A stretch of DNA of 40,423 bases from an uncultured Methanosarcinales archaeon (lineage in GTDB: Archaea; Nanobdellota; Nanobdellia; Woesearchaeales; JABMPP01), in NCBI GenBank assembly GCA_964604995.1, contig CAZSAD010000002.1, positions 1-40,423 on the forward strand, written 5' to 3'. Below are positions 9,155-18,481 of the stretch, in pieces. Both the position numbers and the translations under genes were made by a program. The notes below the pieces were generated by a model. That model searched no databases. It was not told the origin of the DNA and worked only from the letters and a program-made list of their open reading frames with translations. How positions within the stretch are numbered: position 1 is the first letter of the stretch; each line of letters starts with the position of its first letter.

Positions 9155-10345
9155 ATGGTATCAGAATTAGTTGCATCTATTGAATTTCAAATGAGTCTAT
9201 TGTTATTTGTAGCTTTAGCGGGTTATCTTCTTGCTTCAAGAATTAATCAATCAGCAGTTATCGGAGAAATTCTTGTTGGACTACTTATAGGACCAAGTTT
9301 ACTTGGTTGGATTACATACACAGATTTTGTAAAAAGTGTTGCACAGCTTGGTGCAATTATACTTCTTTTTGTTGTGGGATTAGAATTCAAATTAAAAGAA
9401 ATTTTTAATTTAAAGTATGGTATAATTGCTCTTGTTGGAGTTATTGTACCTTGGATAGGGGGATATTTTTTATCAAAATTATTTGGTTATGATTTTGCAA
9501 CAGCAGTGTTTGTTGGAACCGCACTTACAGCAACAAGCATAGCAATTACAGCTAATGTTTTAAAAGAGATGAATCAACTCAAAAATGAAGCTGCAAAAGC
9601 AATAATTGGAGCAGCAGTAATAGATGATGTTCTTAGCCTTTTAGCATTATCTTTATCTGGGCAAATAGTTGAGGGTTCATTTTCATTAGTAAATACTTCA
9701 ATTACTTTTGTAAAGGCAATAGCATTCTTAATCATTGGTTTATATATTGGAAATAAATATTTGAGCTTACTTGTTGAGAAAATAGATTCATCTAATCTTT
9801 CAAAAAAACATCCAGAATTTGTATTTATATTTGCAATGTTACTTGCATTTGTTTATGCAATGATTGCAGAAGCCATAAGTTTATCAGCTATTGTTGGAGC
9901 ATTCATAGCAGGAGTTGCATTAGAAGGAGCAATTCTTAAAAATGGAAAAAATTACAAAGAAGGAGCAGAATATTTGTATATAATATTTGGATCTATTTTC
10001 TTTGTATCTTTAGGAATACTTGCGGATTTTAACGCTTTAACAATAAGTGTTATTTGGTTTTTGCTTGCATTAACATTTGTTGCAGTTATAACTAAAGTTA
10101 TTGGTTGTTATATACCTGCAAAACTTCAGGGTATGTCTCATAAAGATTCATTAATAGTTGGATTTGGAATGTCTCCACGTGGGGAAGTTGCAATGATTAT
10201 AGCATTGATAGGTTTGAATACAGGAATAATTGGACAAAATATTTATGTTTCGCTTGTACTTATGAGTTTACTTACAACAATTTTAACTCCTTTAGTTCTA
10301 AGAAGTTGGTTTTATAAAAAAAATAAGAAACCTGTTTCTAATTAA
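9155..10345 (+). CDS. Cation:proton antiporter, CPA2 (NapA/KefB-like)
   Basis: GEILVGLLIGPS, LLFVVGLE, TATSIAIT, AAVIDDV, GAFIAG, GMSPRGEVA motifs; about 12 TM. Confidence 0.92.
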   Translation: MVSELVASIEFQMSLLLFVALAGYLLASRINQSAVIGEILVGLLIGPSLLGWITYTDFVKSVAQLGAIILLFVVGLEFKLKEIFNLKYGIIALVGVIVPWIGGYFLSKLFGYDFATAVFVGTALTATSIAITANVLKEMNQLKNEAAKAIIGAAVIDDVLSLLALSLSGQIVEGSFSLVNTSITFVKAIAFLIIGLYIGNKYLSLLVEKIDSSNLSKKHPEFVFIFAMLLAFVYAMIAEAISLSAIVGAFIAGVALEGAILKNGKNYKEGAEYLYIIFGSIFFVSLGILADFNALTISVIWFLLALTFVAVITKVIGCYIPAKLQGMSHKDSLIVGFGMSPRGEVAMIIALIGLNTGIIGQNIYVSLVLMSLLTTILTPLVLRSWFYKKNKKPVSN

Positions 10346-10435
10346 TAAAAAATAAAACTAATATTAAATACAACAAGATTATTTTTTGTCAATAACAAAT
10401 TAAAATTATAAAAAAGATTTGAATTCTAATAATTT

Positions 10436-11986
10436 TTATTCATATTTTAAAGCATCTACTGGGTTTAGGTGTGAAGCACGAATAGCAGGAAGTAAACCTG
10501 CAAGAATTCCAATAATTGTTGTTAAACTAATTACACCAATAATTAACCATAGTGGAAATGAAATAATATTATTTATTGCTACACTTTGACTTAAAGCAAT
10601 TTGATTACCAATGATATTAAGTATTTTTGCTAAACCGAAGCTCAAAACTAGACCTATTACCCCTCCTAAAAATCCTAACATTCCTGCTTCAAAAATAAAC
10701 ATATTTCTAATAGTGCCACGAGTTGCTCCACAAGCTCTTAATACACCAATTTCACGAGTTCTTTCATATGTTGACATAATCATATTATTAATAATGCCTA
10801 ATGCAGCGACAAATAAAACAATTCCTCCAATGGCACCAATAATCATTCCAATTAAACCAAATATTTTTTCAATTTCATCTAGCATTTGCTTTGCAGTTGA
10901 AGTACCAAAACCTAAATTTTTAATATTTTTTTCAACACTTTCAATATTAGCAGTATTATCAACTCTTAATAATATCGAGCCATATCCATTTCTTTGTAAA
11001 TTATCTTGCTTTTCGAGCGCAAGAAAATTACTATTATTTTGGAAGTATGCATTATTATATCCAAGTGCTTCTAGTTTATTATTTACTAGTTCATCCCAAT
11101 TTAATTTTATATTTTCGTTTCCATTTGTTTTTTGTAATTCATTCATTTCTGATTTTAATTGTTGTTGAATTTCCATACGCTTTTTTTCATATTCTTTTCT
11201 TTGTCCATCATCCCATCTCCAATTTAGACCAGTCATCAATTTTTTTCCCCAATTTAAAGTAATATAATTTTGACTTTCATCTGGTCCATTTGTAATTACA
11301 CCAACAATCTCAGCAGTGATTTCATGAGATTGTTGTTGTATTTTGTTCCAATATTCATCATCAGCATTTTCCGGTGGTTTTGGAGGTTGCTCTCCCCAAT
11401 CAACATATTCATTAGTATAGAGAATTATTCTTTTTCCGATAATATCACTAGGATTTTTTGCATAACCAAAGCTACGCAGTAATTCAGTTCCAATAACAAT
11501 TTTATCCATATCTTCTGCATTCAACCCTCTACCTACACTGACAGGAATATTTAAGACCTTAGTTTCTGGAGGATATGCCATTATGTTAGCACGATATTTT
11601 TTATCTTGACCTTCAAGTTTGGCACTTTTAATCCAAATTCCAACAACTGGCGAAGCATCAACTACATTTGGAATTTGTTTAAGTATAGAAACAGTAGAAT
11701 CATTTAATTTATTTCCAAATTCATCACCATTCGAATCTGTGTTTAGCAAATTTCCACTTTGTGTTATTTCAGGATTCGCAGAAACAGAAATAAGTGTTAA
11801 TCCATCAATACTTTCTAATTGTCTTGTTGCTACTTGTTTAGCTCCTAATACTAATGATAACATAATAATAATTGAAATTGCACCAATTACTACTGCAAAA
11901 ATAGTTAAAAATGAACGAGACTTACGTCTCCAAATATTCTTAAAACCCATTGTGATATAATCTATGAATCTCATTTTACTTTCCAA
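10436..11986 (-). CDS. MacB/FtsX-type ABC transporter permease
   Basis: KNIWRRKSRSFLTIFAVVIG, ERTREIGVLRACGAT, PAIRASHLNPVDALKYE. Confidence 0.92.
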   Translation of the reverse strand: MESKMRFIDYITMGFKNIWRRKSRSFLTIFAVVIGAISIIIMLSLVLGAKQVATRQLESIDGLTLISVSANPEITQSGNLLNTDSNGDEFGNKLNDSTVSILKQIPNVVDASPVVGIWIKSAKLEGQDKKYRANIMAYPPETKVLNIPVSVGRGLNAEDMDKIVIGTELLRSFGYAKNPSDIIGKRIILYTNEYVDWGEQPPKPPENADDEYWNKIQQQSHEITAEIVGVITNGPDESQNYITLNWGKKLMTGLNWRWDDGQRKEYEKKRMEIQQQLKSEMNELQKTNGNENIKLNWDELVNNKLEALGYNNAYFQNNSNFLALEKQDNLQRNGYGSILLRVDNTANIESVEKNIKNLGFGTSTAKQMLDEIEKIFGLIGMIIGAIGGIVLFVAALGIINNMIMSTYERTREIGVLRACGATRGTIRNMFIFEAGMLGFLGGVIGLVLSFGLAKILNIIGNQIALSQSVAINNIISFPLWLIIGVISLTTIIGILAGLLPAIRASHLNPVDALKYE

Positions 11987-12648
11987 ATTTTTCCATCTTG
12001 CATTTGTAAAATTCTATCAGCTTCACGCGCAACATTTTGGTCATGTGTTATCACAATAATTGTTATTCCACTATCACGATTTAAGTTTTTTAATAAGGAC
12101 ACAATTTCAGCACTTTTTTTAGAATCTAAATTTCCTGTTGGTTCGTCAGCAATAATTATTTGTGGGTTATTAACAAGAGCTCTTGCAATACTCACTCTTT
12201 GGCGCTCCCCACCTGATAACTGATCTGGTTTATGGTTAGTTCGATTCTCAAGACCAACTGCCTTTAAACATTCTAATGCTTTTTGTTTGCGAAGTTTTGA
12301 TGGTTGGCTTGAAAGTATCAGTGGCAACATAACATTTTCCAAAGCAGTATATGTTGGAAGAAGATTAAATGACTGAAAAACAAAGCCTATTTTTTTATTT
12401 CTATAATTCGATAATTTCTTATCATTTAATTTATTTATTTCTTCATTATCGACAATTATCATTCCCCTATTAGGTTTATCTAATCCTCCAATAACATTCG
12501 CAAGAGTTGATTTTCCAGAACCAGATGGTCCTATTATTGCTACAAATTCACCTTGTTTAATATCAAGATTAATATCATCTAGGGCAGCTATATTTTCTTT
12601 TCCCATTACATATAATCTAGTCAATGATCTGAGTTGAATTATAGTCAT
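11971..12648 (-). CDS. ABC transporter ATP-binding protein (LolD/MacB family)
   Basis: Walker A GPSGSGKST, LSGGERQRVSIARAL, IIADEPTGNLD; probable ATG start at 12648. Confidence 0.93.
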   Translation of the reverse strand: MTIIQLRSLTRLYVMGKENIAALDDINLDIKQGEFVAIIGPSGSGKSTLANVIGGLDKPNRGMIIVDNEEINKLNDKKLSNYRNKKIGFVFQSFNLLPTYTALENVMLPLILSSQPSKLRKQKALECLKAVGLENRTNHKPDQLSGGERQRVSIARALVNNPQIIIADEPTGNLDSKKSAEIVSLLKNLNRDSGITIIVITHDQNVAREADRILQMQDGKIWKVK

Positions 12649-12747
12649 TCTTAGTCTCTTTTTTACATAATTCTTATTTTTCAATTATATAAAGAATGAG
12701 TTTTTAAATATTTCTTTTCAAGAAGTATTTAAGGAATTTATTTTAAA

Positions 12748-13464
12748 TTATTCTACTTTTGTTATTAAATCATTTAGATTAGAACATTTTACAATAATTT
12801 CTTTCCATTTGTCATATTGTTCTATTTCAGATAGTTTCTTAATAGAATTTTTATCGTGGAGTCTACCTTTTTCTAAAATTTTGTTTATATTAATAGGATT
12901 CCATTTTACAAATAATGGGTGTCCGGTACCAACTATTAGTTTTAATTCAGGAAATTTATTTGTAAAGTTGACAAATATGGAGCTATATATCAAAACAGGT
13001 TCAACAAATGATTCATTATTTGCATGTAATTCATGCAAACTTGTACACATACCATCTAATTTGTCAAGATAAGAGACAACTTGAGCTTCAATACAATCTT
13101 TTTTATGGACGTGCAATAATGCACTTTTATAATTTATATTATCAATTTTTTCTGGAAAGATTTTTGATAATTTTTCAATAGCAATCAGTTCATTTTTTTC
13201 AACTTCTTTAAGTTGTATAGCATTCATTTTTCCTTTTTGATAAAGTGTAATATCTCCAGTAATCATTTCAGGGTCATCATGTACTTTCGCCATTACTAAA
13301 GAAAGTTTCTCATTAAAATTAGGAATTGCTTTTTTTATTTTAGGCATTACTTCTTTTAATAGCAAAACTACTCTTTTAGAATGTCTTAAGACATTATCTC
13401 TATAGAACATAATCTTATAATCTGAAAAACGTTTAATATTTTCTAGTTCTTTTTCTCTATTCAT
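12748..13464 (-). CDS. HD-domain hydrolase, YfbR/5'-deoxynucleotidase-like
   Basis: NVLRHS...VHDDPEMITGDI...YLDKLD motifs; 4 nt downstream of the PCNA stop. Confidence 0.75.
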   Translation of the reverse strand: MNREKELENIKRFSDYKIMFYRDNVLRHSKRVVLLLKEVMPKIKKAIPNFNEKLSLVMAKVHDDPEMITGDITLYQKGKMNAIQLKEVEKNELIAIEKLSKIFPEKIDNINYKSALLHVHKKDCIEAQVVSYLDKLDGMCTSLHELHANNESFVEPVLIYSSIFVNFTNKFPELKLIVGTGHPLFVKWNPININKILEKGRLHDKNSIKKLSEIEQYDKWKEIIVKCSNLNDLITKVE

Positions 13465-13468
13465 AAGA

Positions 13469-14212
13469 TTAATCGTTCTCTACTCTTGGTGCCAAGATAA
13501 ATGAGAGCATTACTTTGTCAACTTCTTTGTAATCAATTTTCAAAGGATAATCCTTATTGAATTGAACTGTGACATTATTTGACAATTTGCCACCCTGCAT
13601 CATCTTTTTGAGATATTCAATTGAATATTTTGCTTTGATTTTATCTTTAGGTTCTCCAATTATTTTTGTATCACTATCTTCTTTTATCTCTGTTTTAGAA
13701 TTACTCAAATCTCCATCTGCTTCAACTAAAAATTTCTTTCCATCGACGGTAAATGAAACAGACTCAGCTACAATATCAGCATCTTCAATTGCATCATTTA
13801 ATATTGCTGATGTTGTTTTAACAGTAACTGGAAATTTAAGTTCCGGTATTCTTTGTTCTTTATCATCACTTTCAATTATTGCAAGTGAAAATGTTCTTGT
13901 GGTATTGCTCTTTAAAGTTAATTTTAATTTATTTTCTTCAACTTCTAATGTTAAAGTATCATTTGGTTTTGCTCTTCTTAATATCTGCTTTAGATTTGAA
14001 AGATTAACAGAAAGATCAACTTCTTTTTTTACATCGTATTCAACAAAGCAGCTTGATAATAATTTGAAAATTACCATAGCGACATTTGCTGGATCCATTG
14101 CAACTAGTTCAATTGCATCTGTTGTAATTTTGAATCTTGCTTCATTAACAAGTTCAGAAATAATTGATACACTATCTTTAAAGTATTTTGGTTCTGCAAG
14201 AGTAAGTTTCAT
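13469..14212 (-). CDS. pcn: PCNA DNA sliding clamp
   Basis: AMDPANVAMV, KYSIEYL, DYPLKIDY, FILAPRVE; 247 aa; SD AGGTGG upstream. Confidence 0.96.
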   Translation of the reverse strand: MKLTLAEPKYFKDSVSIISELVNEARFKITTDAIELVAMDPANVAMVIFKLLSSCFVEYDVKKEVDLSVNLSNLKQILRRAKPNDTLTLEVEENKLKLTLKSNTTRTFSLAIIESDDKEQRIPELKFPVTVKTTSAILNDAIEDADIVAESVSFTVDGKKFLVEADGDLSNSKTEIKEDSDTKIIGEPKDKIKAKYSIEYLKKMMQGGKLSNNVTVQFNKDYPLKIDYKEVDKVMLSFILAPRVEND

Positions 14213-14365
14213 TTTTGACCACCTTAATTAATCTTTATACAACTTCTATAACAAGAAATGATTATATGTTTAATTTATAAAACTTCACTTTTTATTATGC
14301 ATTTTTGTTGTATTTAGTTTTGTAATGAAATATTAAATAAAATGTTAAGAATTTGAATAAAAAAG

Positions 14366-15709
14366 TTACTTGGTTTTTATTTCTATTCTGCCACCATTGC
14401 TCATAAGAAAAACATTTCTGCCACGTTTGTATCCTAATTCTTCTGAAAGAGCTGCAAGCTCACTTGTTTTTGATAAGTCTCCATGAGCAGGAATTACATT
14501 TTTTGGTGTTAAAAGTTCTAACAATCTTCTTAAGTCTTCTCTTGCTGCATGTCCGCTTACATGGATATCTTTAAACATACGAACTTTATGGGCTTTTAAC
14601 TTTTCTTCAAGGATTTCTCTATTATTTCTATTTGTTTCAGTTGGTATAACTTTACATGAAAATATTACGTGGTCATTTTGATCAAATCTAAATCCTAATT
14701 CTCCTGAGACCATTTTTGATAGTGTTGCTCTTGGTTCACCTTGGTGTCCAGTTACAACTAACAAATATTTGTGTTTACCTTCTTTCATTACTTGCTTTAA
14801 TTTTTTAGAAATTTGACTTCTATATTTTACGATTTCAACATCTTTTGAAAAATTTACAATTCCAATATCTTCACTTGCATAACAATATTTTGATAATGAT
14901 CTTCCAAGAAAAACAATTTTTCTATTCATTTTTTTGCCAAATTCAATAATACTTTTTAGTCTTGCAATATGGCTTGAAAATGTTGTTACAATAACTGCCT
15001 TGTTTCTTGAATCAGTCCCAATAAGCACATCTTTTAGCATTTGCTTAGCCACACTTTCAGATGGCATTTTTATTCTCTCTCCAGCATAGGTTGAATCAAT
15101 AATAAGGCATAAAATTCCATTATCACCTAATTTTTTGAGTCTTTCAATATCTGGTTTTTTTCCAAGTGTTGGATACAAATCAAATTTGAAATCATTAGCA
15201 TAAACTATTACACCATAAGGGGTATGTAAAAATGCCATAACTGTATTTGGTGTAGAATGTGTAATCTCTACAAATTCTAATCTTAGTTTATTTGTAATTT
15301 TTATTGTTCCATTTACTGTTAAAACTTTTAGCTGTGATCTTAATTCTAACTTTTGATCTTCCATAATTCTTCTTAAAACTTCTGCAGTATAAGGTGAACA
15401 TATAACTGGACATTTGTATCTATTAGCTAGAAAAGGAATTCCACCAATATGATCTAAATGGGCATGTGTTGGAACTATTGCTTTTACCATTGGACGCCAA
15501 TCTTCAATTAGTGCAACATCGGGTAGTGCTTGAACATCTATCATTGCTTTTGTGTCATATACAATAAGCTCTTCATCATTTGTATAAGAAATGTAATTTT
15601 CAAGGTGAATTCCCATATCAAATATTACTACTTCATCGTCTACACGAACAGCAGTCATATTTCTTCCAACTTCATTATATCCTGATACTGTGCATATCTC
15701 TATTCCCAT
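14366..15709 (-). CDS. rnj: Archaeal ribonuclease J (MBL/beta-CASP)
   Basis: GYNEVGRNMTA, THAHLDHIG, THSTP, YANDFK, TTFSSHIARL, TGHQGEP, HVSGHA, PAHG. Confidence 0.93.
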   Translation of the reverse strand: MGIEICTVSGYNEVGRNMTAVRVDDEVVIFDMGIHLENYISYTNDEELIVYDTKAMIDVQALPDVALIEDWRPMVKAIVPTHAHLDHIGGIPFLANRYKCPVICSPYTAEVLRRIMEDQKLELRSQLKVLTVNGTIKITNKLRLEFVEITHSTPNTVMAFLHTPYGVIVYANDFKFDLYPTLGKKPDIERLKKLGDNGILCLIIDSTYAGERIKMPSESVAKQMLKDVLIGTDSRNKAVIVTTFSSHIARLKSIIEFGKKMNRKIVFLGRSLSKYCYASEDIGIVNFSKDVEIVKYRSQISKKLKQVMKEGKHKYLLVVTGHQGEPRATLSKMVSGELGFRFDQNDHVIFSCKVIPTETNRNNREILEEKLKAHKVRMFKDIHVSGHAAREDLRRLLELLTPKNVIPAHGDLSKTSELAALSEELGYKRGRNVFLMSNGGRIEIKTK

Positions 15710-15759
15710 TTTATTATCAAAACTGCAGAATTAGTATATATGTTTTTTGATGGATTAGT

Positions 15760-16454
15760 TTATTTATATGTTTCAAGTTTTTTTTCTAAAATTTCTTTTT
15801 TTGTTGGAAATTGTATATTTAAGTTTGAGATTATTTTTTGAACATTTTTTTTAGATGCTAAAATATTTACTTTTCCTACAAGATGTTTATAATTTTCATT
15901 TTTTGAGTTACCTCCATTTCCAGTATATATCGAAACAGCTTTGTTTGTTAAGGCAATACCAAAATCTGAAAGCATATCTGCAACAATTGTCATATATTTT
16001 GTTAAGGCGCTTTTATCATCAATATTCGATCCTTTTTTAATTTGAATACTTGATTTAGTAATGTTCAAAGTGGTATCCATAAGGCATGATAAAAATTCCC
16101 TTTTGTAATTATCATCTAAAATCCATTCAGTTGGTATTTTAACACTGTATCCTTTATTTTGCATATCTCCTTTAGGTAAACCCATTAAATAATATAATCT
16201 TCCTAACATAGGTGAATATAATAAAACATCATCACGACTAGATGAAGAAAAATCAATTGGCACTATTTTTTTAATAATTTTTAGTTCATTATCTTTTCCA
16301 GTAAATTGTAGTGTGTAATTTGAGTTAAGTGATCTATTTCCATGATTGAGGCGAAAAGACGAGCATCATTTACGGTAGGCAAATAAGAAAATTCCACTCT
16401 TGCTTCTTTTAGTATTATTAAATTATCAATTACTAAACTTAAGCTGTCAACCAA
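15760..16454 (-). pseudogene. Degenerate two-domain LAGLIDADG-fold protein split by a 1-nt frameshift
   Basis: Track ORFs 16281-16520 and 15760-16263 join if one G is added at ATG GA (~16340), giving DARLFASIMGNRSLNSNYTLQFTGKDNELKIIKK; second degenerate motif IPTEWIL...KREFLSCLMDTTLNI; candidate TTG start at 16454. Confidence 0.5.
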
Positions 16455-16495
16455 TTTTTGAAGAAACAGTTGAAAAATCGAATAGATAAACTGCA

Positions 16496-16861
16496 TTAAT
16501 TCTTTAAGCATTTTTTGCATGTTCCTTTTACTTCTATCTGAAAGCTGGTTATTGTTCCCGGAATTTTGTCTTTTAAAAAATCTAGCGAATCAACGTCAAA
16601 ATGAGTTATAATTCCAGTTTCTTCACAAATAAAATGGCAGTGGCTTTTTCTCTCTTTTGAATAAACCAACCTATTGTCGCAGGTGTATGAGTATATTTTT
16701 CCATTTTTTCTAAGTTCCTTCAAAAATCTGTATGTTGTAGCTAACCCAATATCTTTGCTTATTTTTTTATGTAAATCCTCTACAGTAAAGAAATTATTAA
16801 TTTTTTCAATTTCTTTTTGGATTAATTCCTTTTGTTTGGTATTTCTTGATTTTCGTGGCAT
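16496..16861 (-). CDS. Fur-family (Zur-like) metal-responsive transcriptional regulator
   Basis: RNTKQKELI, TVEDLH, IGLATTYRFL, HCHFICEETG, C-terminal GTCKKC. Confidence 0.88.
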   Translation of the reverse strand: MPRKSRNTKQKELIQKEIEKINNFFTVEDLHKKISKDIGLATTYRFLKELRKNGKIYSYTCDNRLVYSKERKSHCHFICEETGIITHFDVDSLDFLKDKIPGTITSFQIEVKGTCKKCLKN

Positions 16862-16871
16862 TTTTCTTATT

Positions 16872-16899
16872 GAGAATGGGAATCATTAATATTTATAAA
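16872..16899. promoter_or_regulatory. Fur-box-like operator adjacent to palindromic TATA box of divergent promoter
   Basis: GAGAATGGGAATCATTAAT (16872-16890) matches 14/19 of GATAATGATAATCATTATC; TTTATAAA at 16892-16899, 22 nt before the ZIP ATG. Confidence 0.65.
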
Positions 16900-16921
16900 T
16901 ATATGGATTAAACATCTTGAT

Positions 16922-17692
16922 ATGAATATCTTATATCCATTAGTTAGCGTAATTATTGTATCTTCAATCTCAGTAATCTTTGCTATACCTTTTTTATTGA
17001 AGAAAAAAATATCCGATAACATTTTACTCTTCTTACTTAGTGTATCTGTTGGAGTATTATTAAGTACGGTATTTATGGATTTTTTACCAGAGGCAGTTTC
17101 ACATAAATATACATTAGGATTAGCATTTTACATTTTATCTGGATTTTTAGTAATGTTTGCTTTAGAAAAATTTGTTCATTTTCACCATAGTAAAAAATGT
17201 GAAGAAGGCGATTGTGGGCACGGTCATGCGTATAATCTTGCACCTATTAATTTAATAGGAGATGGCATACATAATTTTATTGACGGATTAGTTATTGCTG
17301 GAAGTTACGCAGTAAATGTAACTCTTGGAATTGCAGCAACAATCTCCATCATATTCCATGAAATTCCTCAAGAAATAGCTGATTTTGGCGTTTTACTTTA
17401 TTCTGGAATGTCTAAGAAAAAAGCATTAATCTTTAATTTCTTATCTGCTGCTACTGCAATAGTGGGTACATTAGTAGGAATTCTCTTAATAGAAAAATTG
17501 CATGGATTTACTGAGTTTGTAATTCCTTTTGCTGCAGGTAATTTCATCTATATTGCAGCTTCAAATCTAGTTCCACAATTACATAGGCAATGCAAACTAA
17601 AAGATATCATTTTACATATTTTTGCAATATTATTAGGTATAGGCATAACTGCCTTGGTAACATTATATGGTCCTGCACATGGACATGGGTGA
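16922..17692 (+). CDS. ZIP family zinc/metal transporter (ZupT-like)
   Basis: FLPEA, His-rich loop HFHH...HGH, GDGIHNFIDG, FHEIPQE, GNFIYIA. Confidence 0.93.
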   Translation: MNILYPLVSVIIVSSISVIFAIPFLLKKKISDNILLFLLSVSVGVLLSTVFMDFLPEAVSHKYTLGLAFYILSGFLVMFALEKFVHFHHSKKCEEGDCGHGHAYNLAPINLIGDGIHNFIDGLVIAGSYAVNVTLGIAATISIIFHEIPQEIADFGVLLYSGMSKKKALIFNFLSAATAIVGTLVGILLIEKLHGFTEFVIPFAAGNFIYIAASNLVPQLHRQCKLKDIILHIFAILLGIGITALVTLYGPAHGHG

Positions 17693-17698
17693 GGTAAA

Positions 17699-17887
17699 AT
17701 GAGAATTGTAATTGCACTAATCTTATTATTGTTGGTTTTGTTTATTACGGGTTGTGATACGGAACTTGGGCATCATCATGAAGACCACGATCATGATGGA
17801 GATGGAATTCAAGATCACACCCTTGAAGAACATGATTTTGAAAATCATTCTGAGGATAGCCTTTTAAGAGGGCAGAAGTTGACTTAG
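17699..17887 (+). CDS. Small His/Asp-rich lipoprotein (putative metal-binding)
   Basis: Hydrophobic signal with lipobox FITG-C, then HHHEDHDHDGDGIQDH; SD GAGGT upstream. Confidence 0.7.
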   Translation: MRIVIALILLLLVLFITGCDTELGHHHEDHDHDGDGIQDHTLEEHDFENHSEDSLLRGQKLT

Positions 17888-18050
17888 TGTGGTAGGGATT
17901 CCGTTCGTTTTTTGTTTTTAATCGCTCTAACGAGCTAGAACAAACAGAAATATCTATCAAATGTTTTTACTGCTTCTGCCTCTTGTACAAATACTGAAGA
18001 GAGGCACGGCATTCATCCCACAAATAAATTTGTGGGTATTTTGCCTACGA
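17888..18050. mobile_element. Structured non-coding element resembling an IS200/IS605-family end or derived MITE
   Basis: GGCATTCAT-CCCACAAA-TAAA-TTTGTGGG-TATTTTGCC hairpin (18008-18045), TGCCTCT/AGAGGCA stem (17977-18006), GCTC/GAGC mini-hairpin; locally GC-richer; no transposase nearby. Confidence 0.45.
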
Positions 18051-18159
18051 TTTTATAAAATTTTGAAGAATAAAAGATACAAATACTACTATATTTCATA
18101 CATTAATTATATCAAAATATATCAAAAAAAATTTAAACTAGAAGTTTTGATTAAATACT

Positions 18160-18444
18160 ATGGAAAGATTATCACAAGCAGTAAAAGAATATAGAAAAGC
18201 AGCTATGAAAAATAATATTGAGGCATTACGTGAAGCAACTAAGAAAATATCTAAAATATGTCTAGAAATTATTGAATTGGATGGTAAACAAGGCAATTTA
18301 AGTATGATGGCATTGGATATACGACATTATTTACTTTATTCTAAAGAAGGAGGTCCGAAAAAAACAGCAGCTGAACTTGAAGCTACTTTAATGGAAATGA
18401 AAAAACTTGCTAAGAATATTAAAAAAGATATTAGTAGATTCTAA
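18160..18444 (+). CDS. Hypothetical small alpha-helical protein
   Basis: 94 aa ORF with native-like composition; TTTAAA box about 22 nt upstream. Confidence 0.6.
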   Translation: MERLSQAVKEYRKAAMKNNIEALREATKKISKICLEIIELDGKQGNLSMMALDIRHYLLYSKEGGPKKTAAELEATLMEMKKLAKNIKKDISRF

Positions 18445-18481
18445 TAATTTATTGGATATTAATATATTCTCTATTAAAATT

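Noticed and set aside
17961..18194. 77-aa ORF MFLLLLPLVQ...AFIPQINLWVF
   Set aside because: Reads through the hairpin element and overlaps the next gene; better explained as a shadow of a non-coding element
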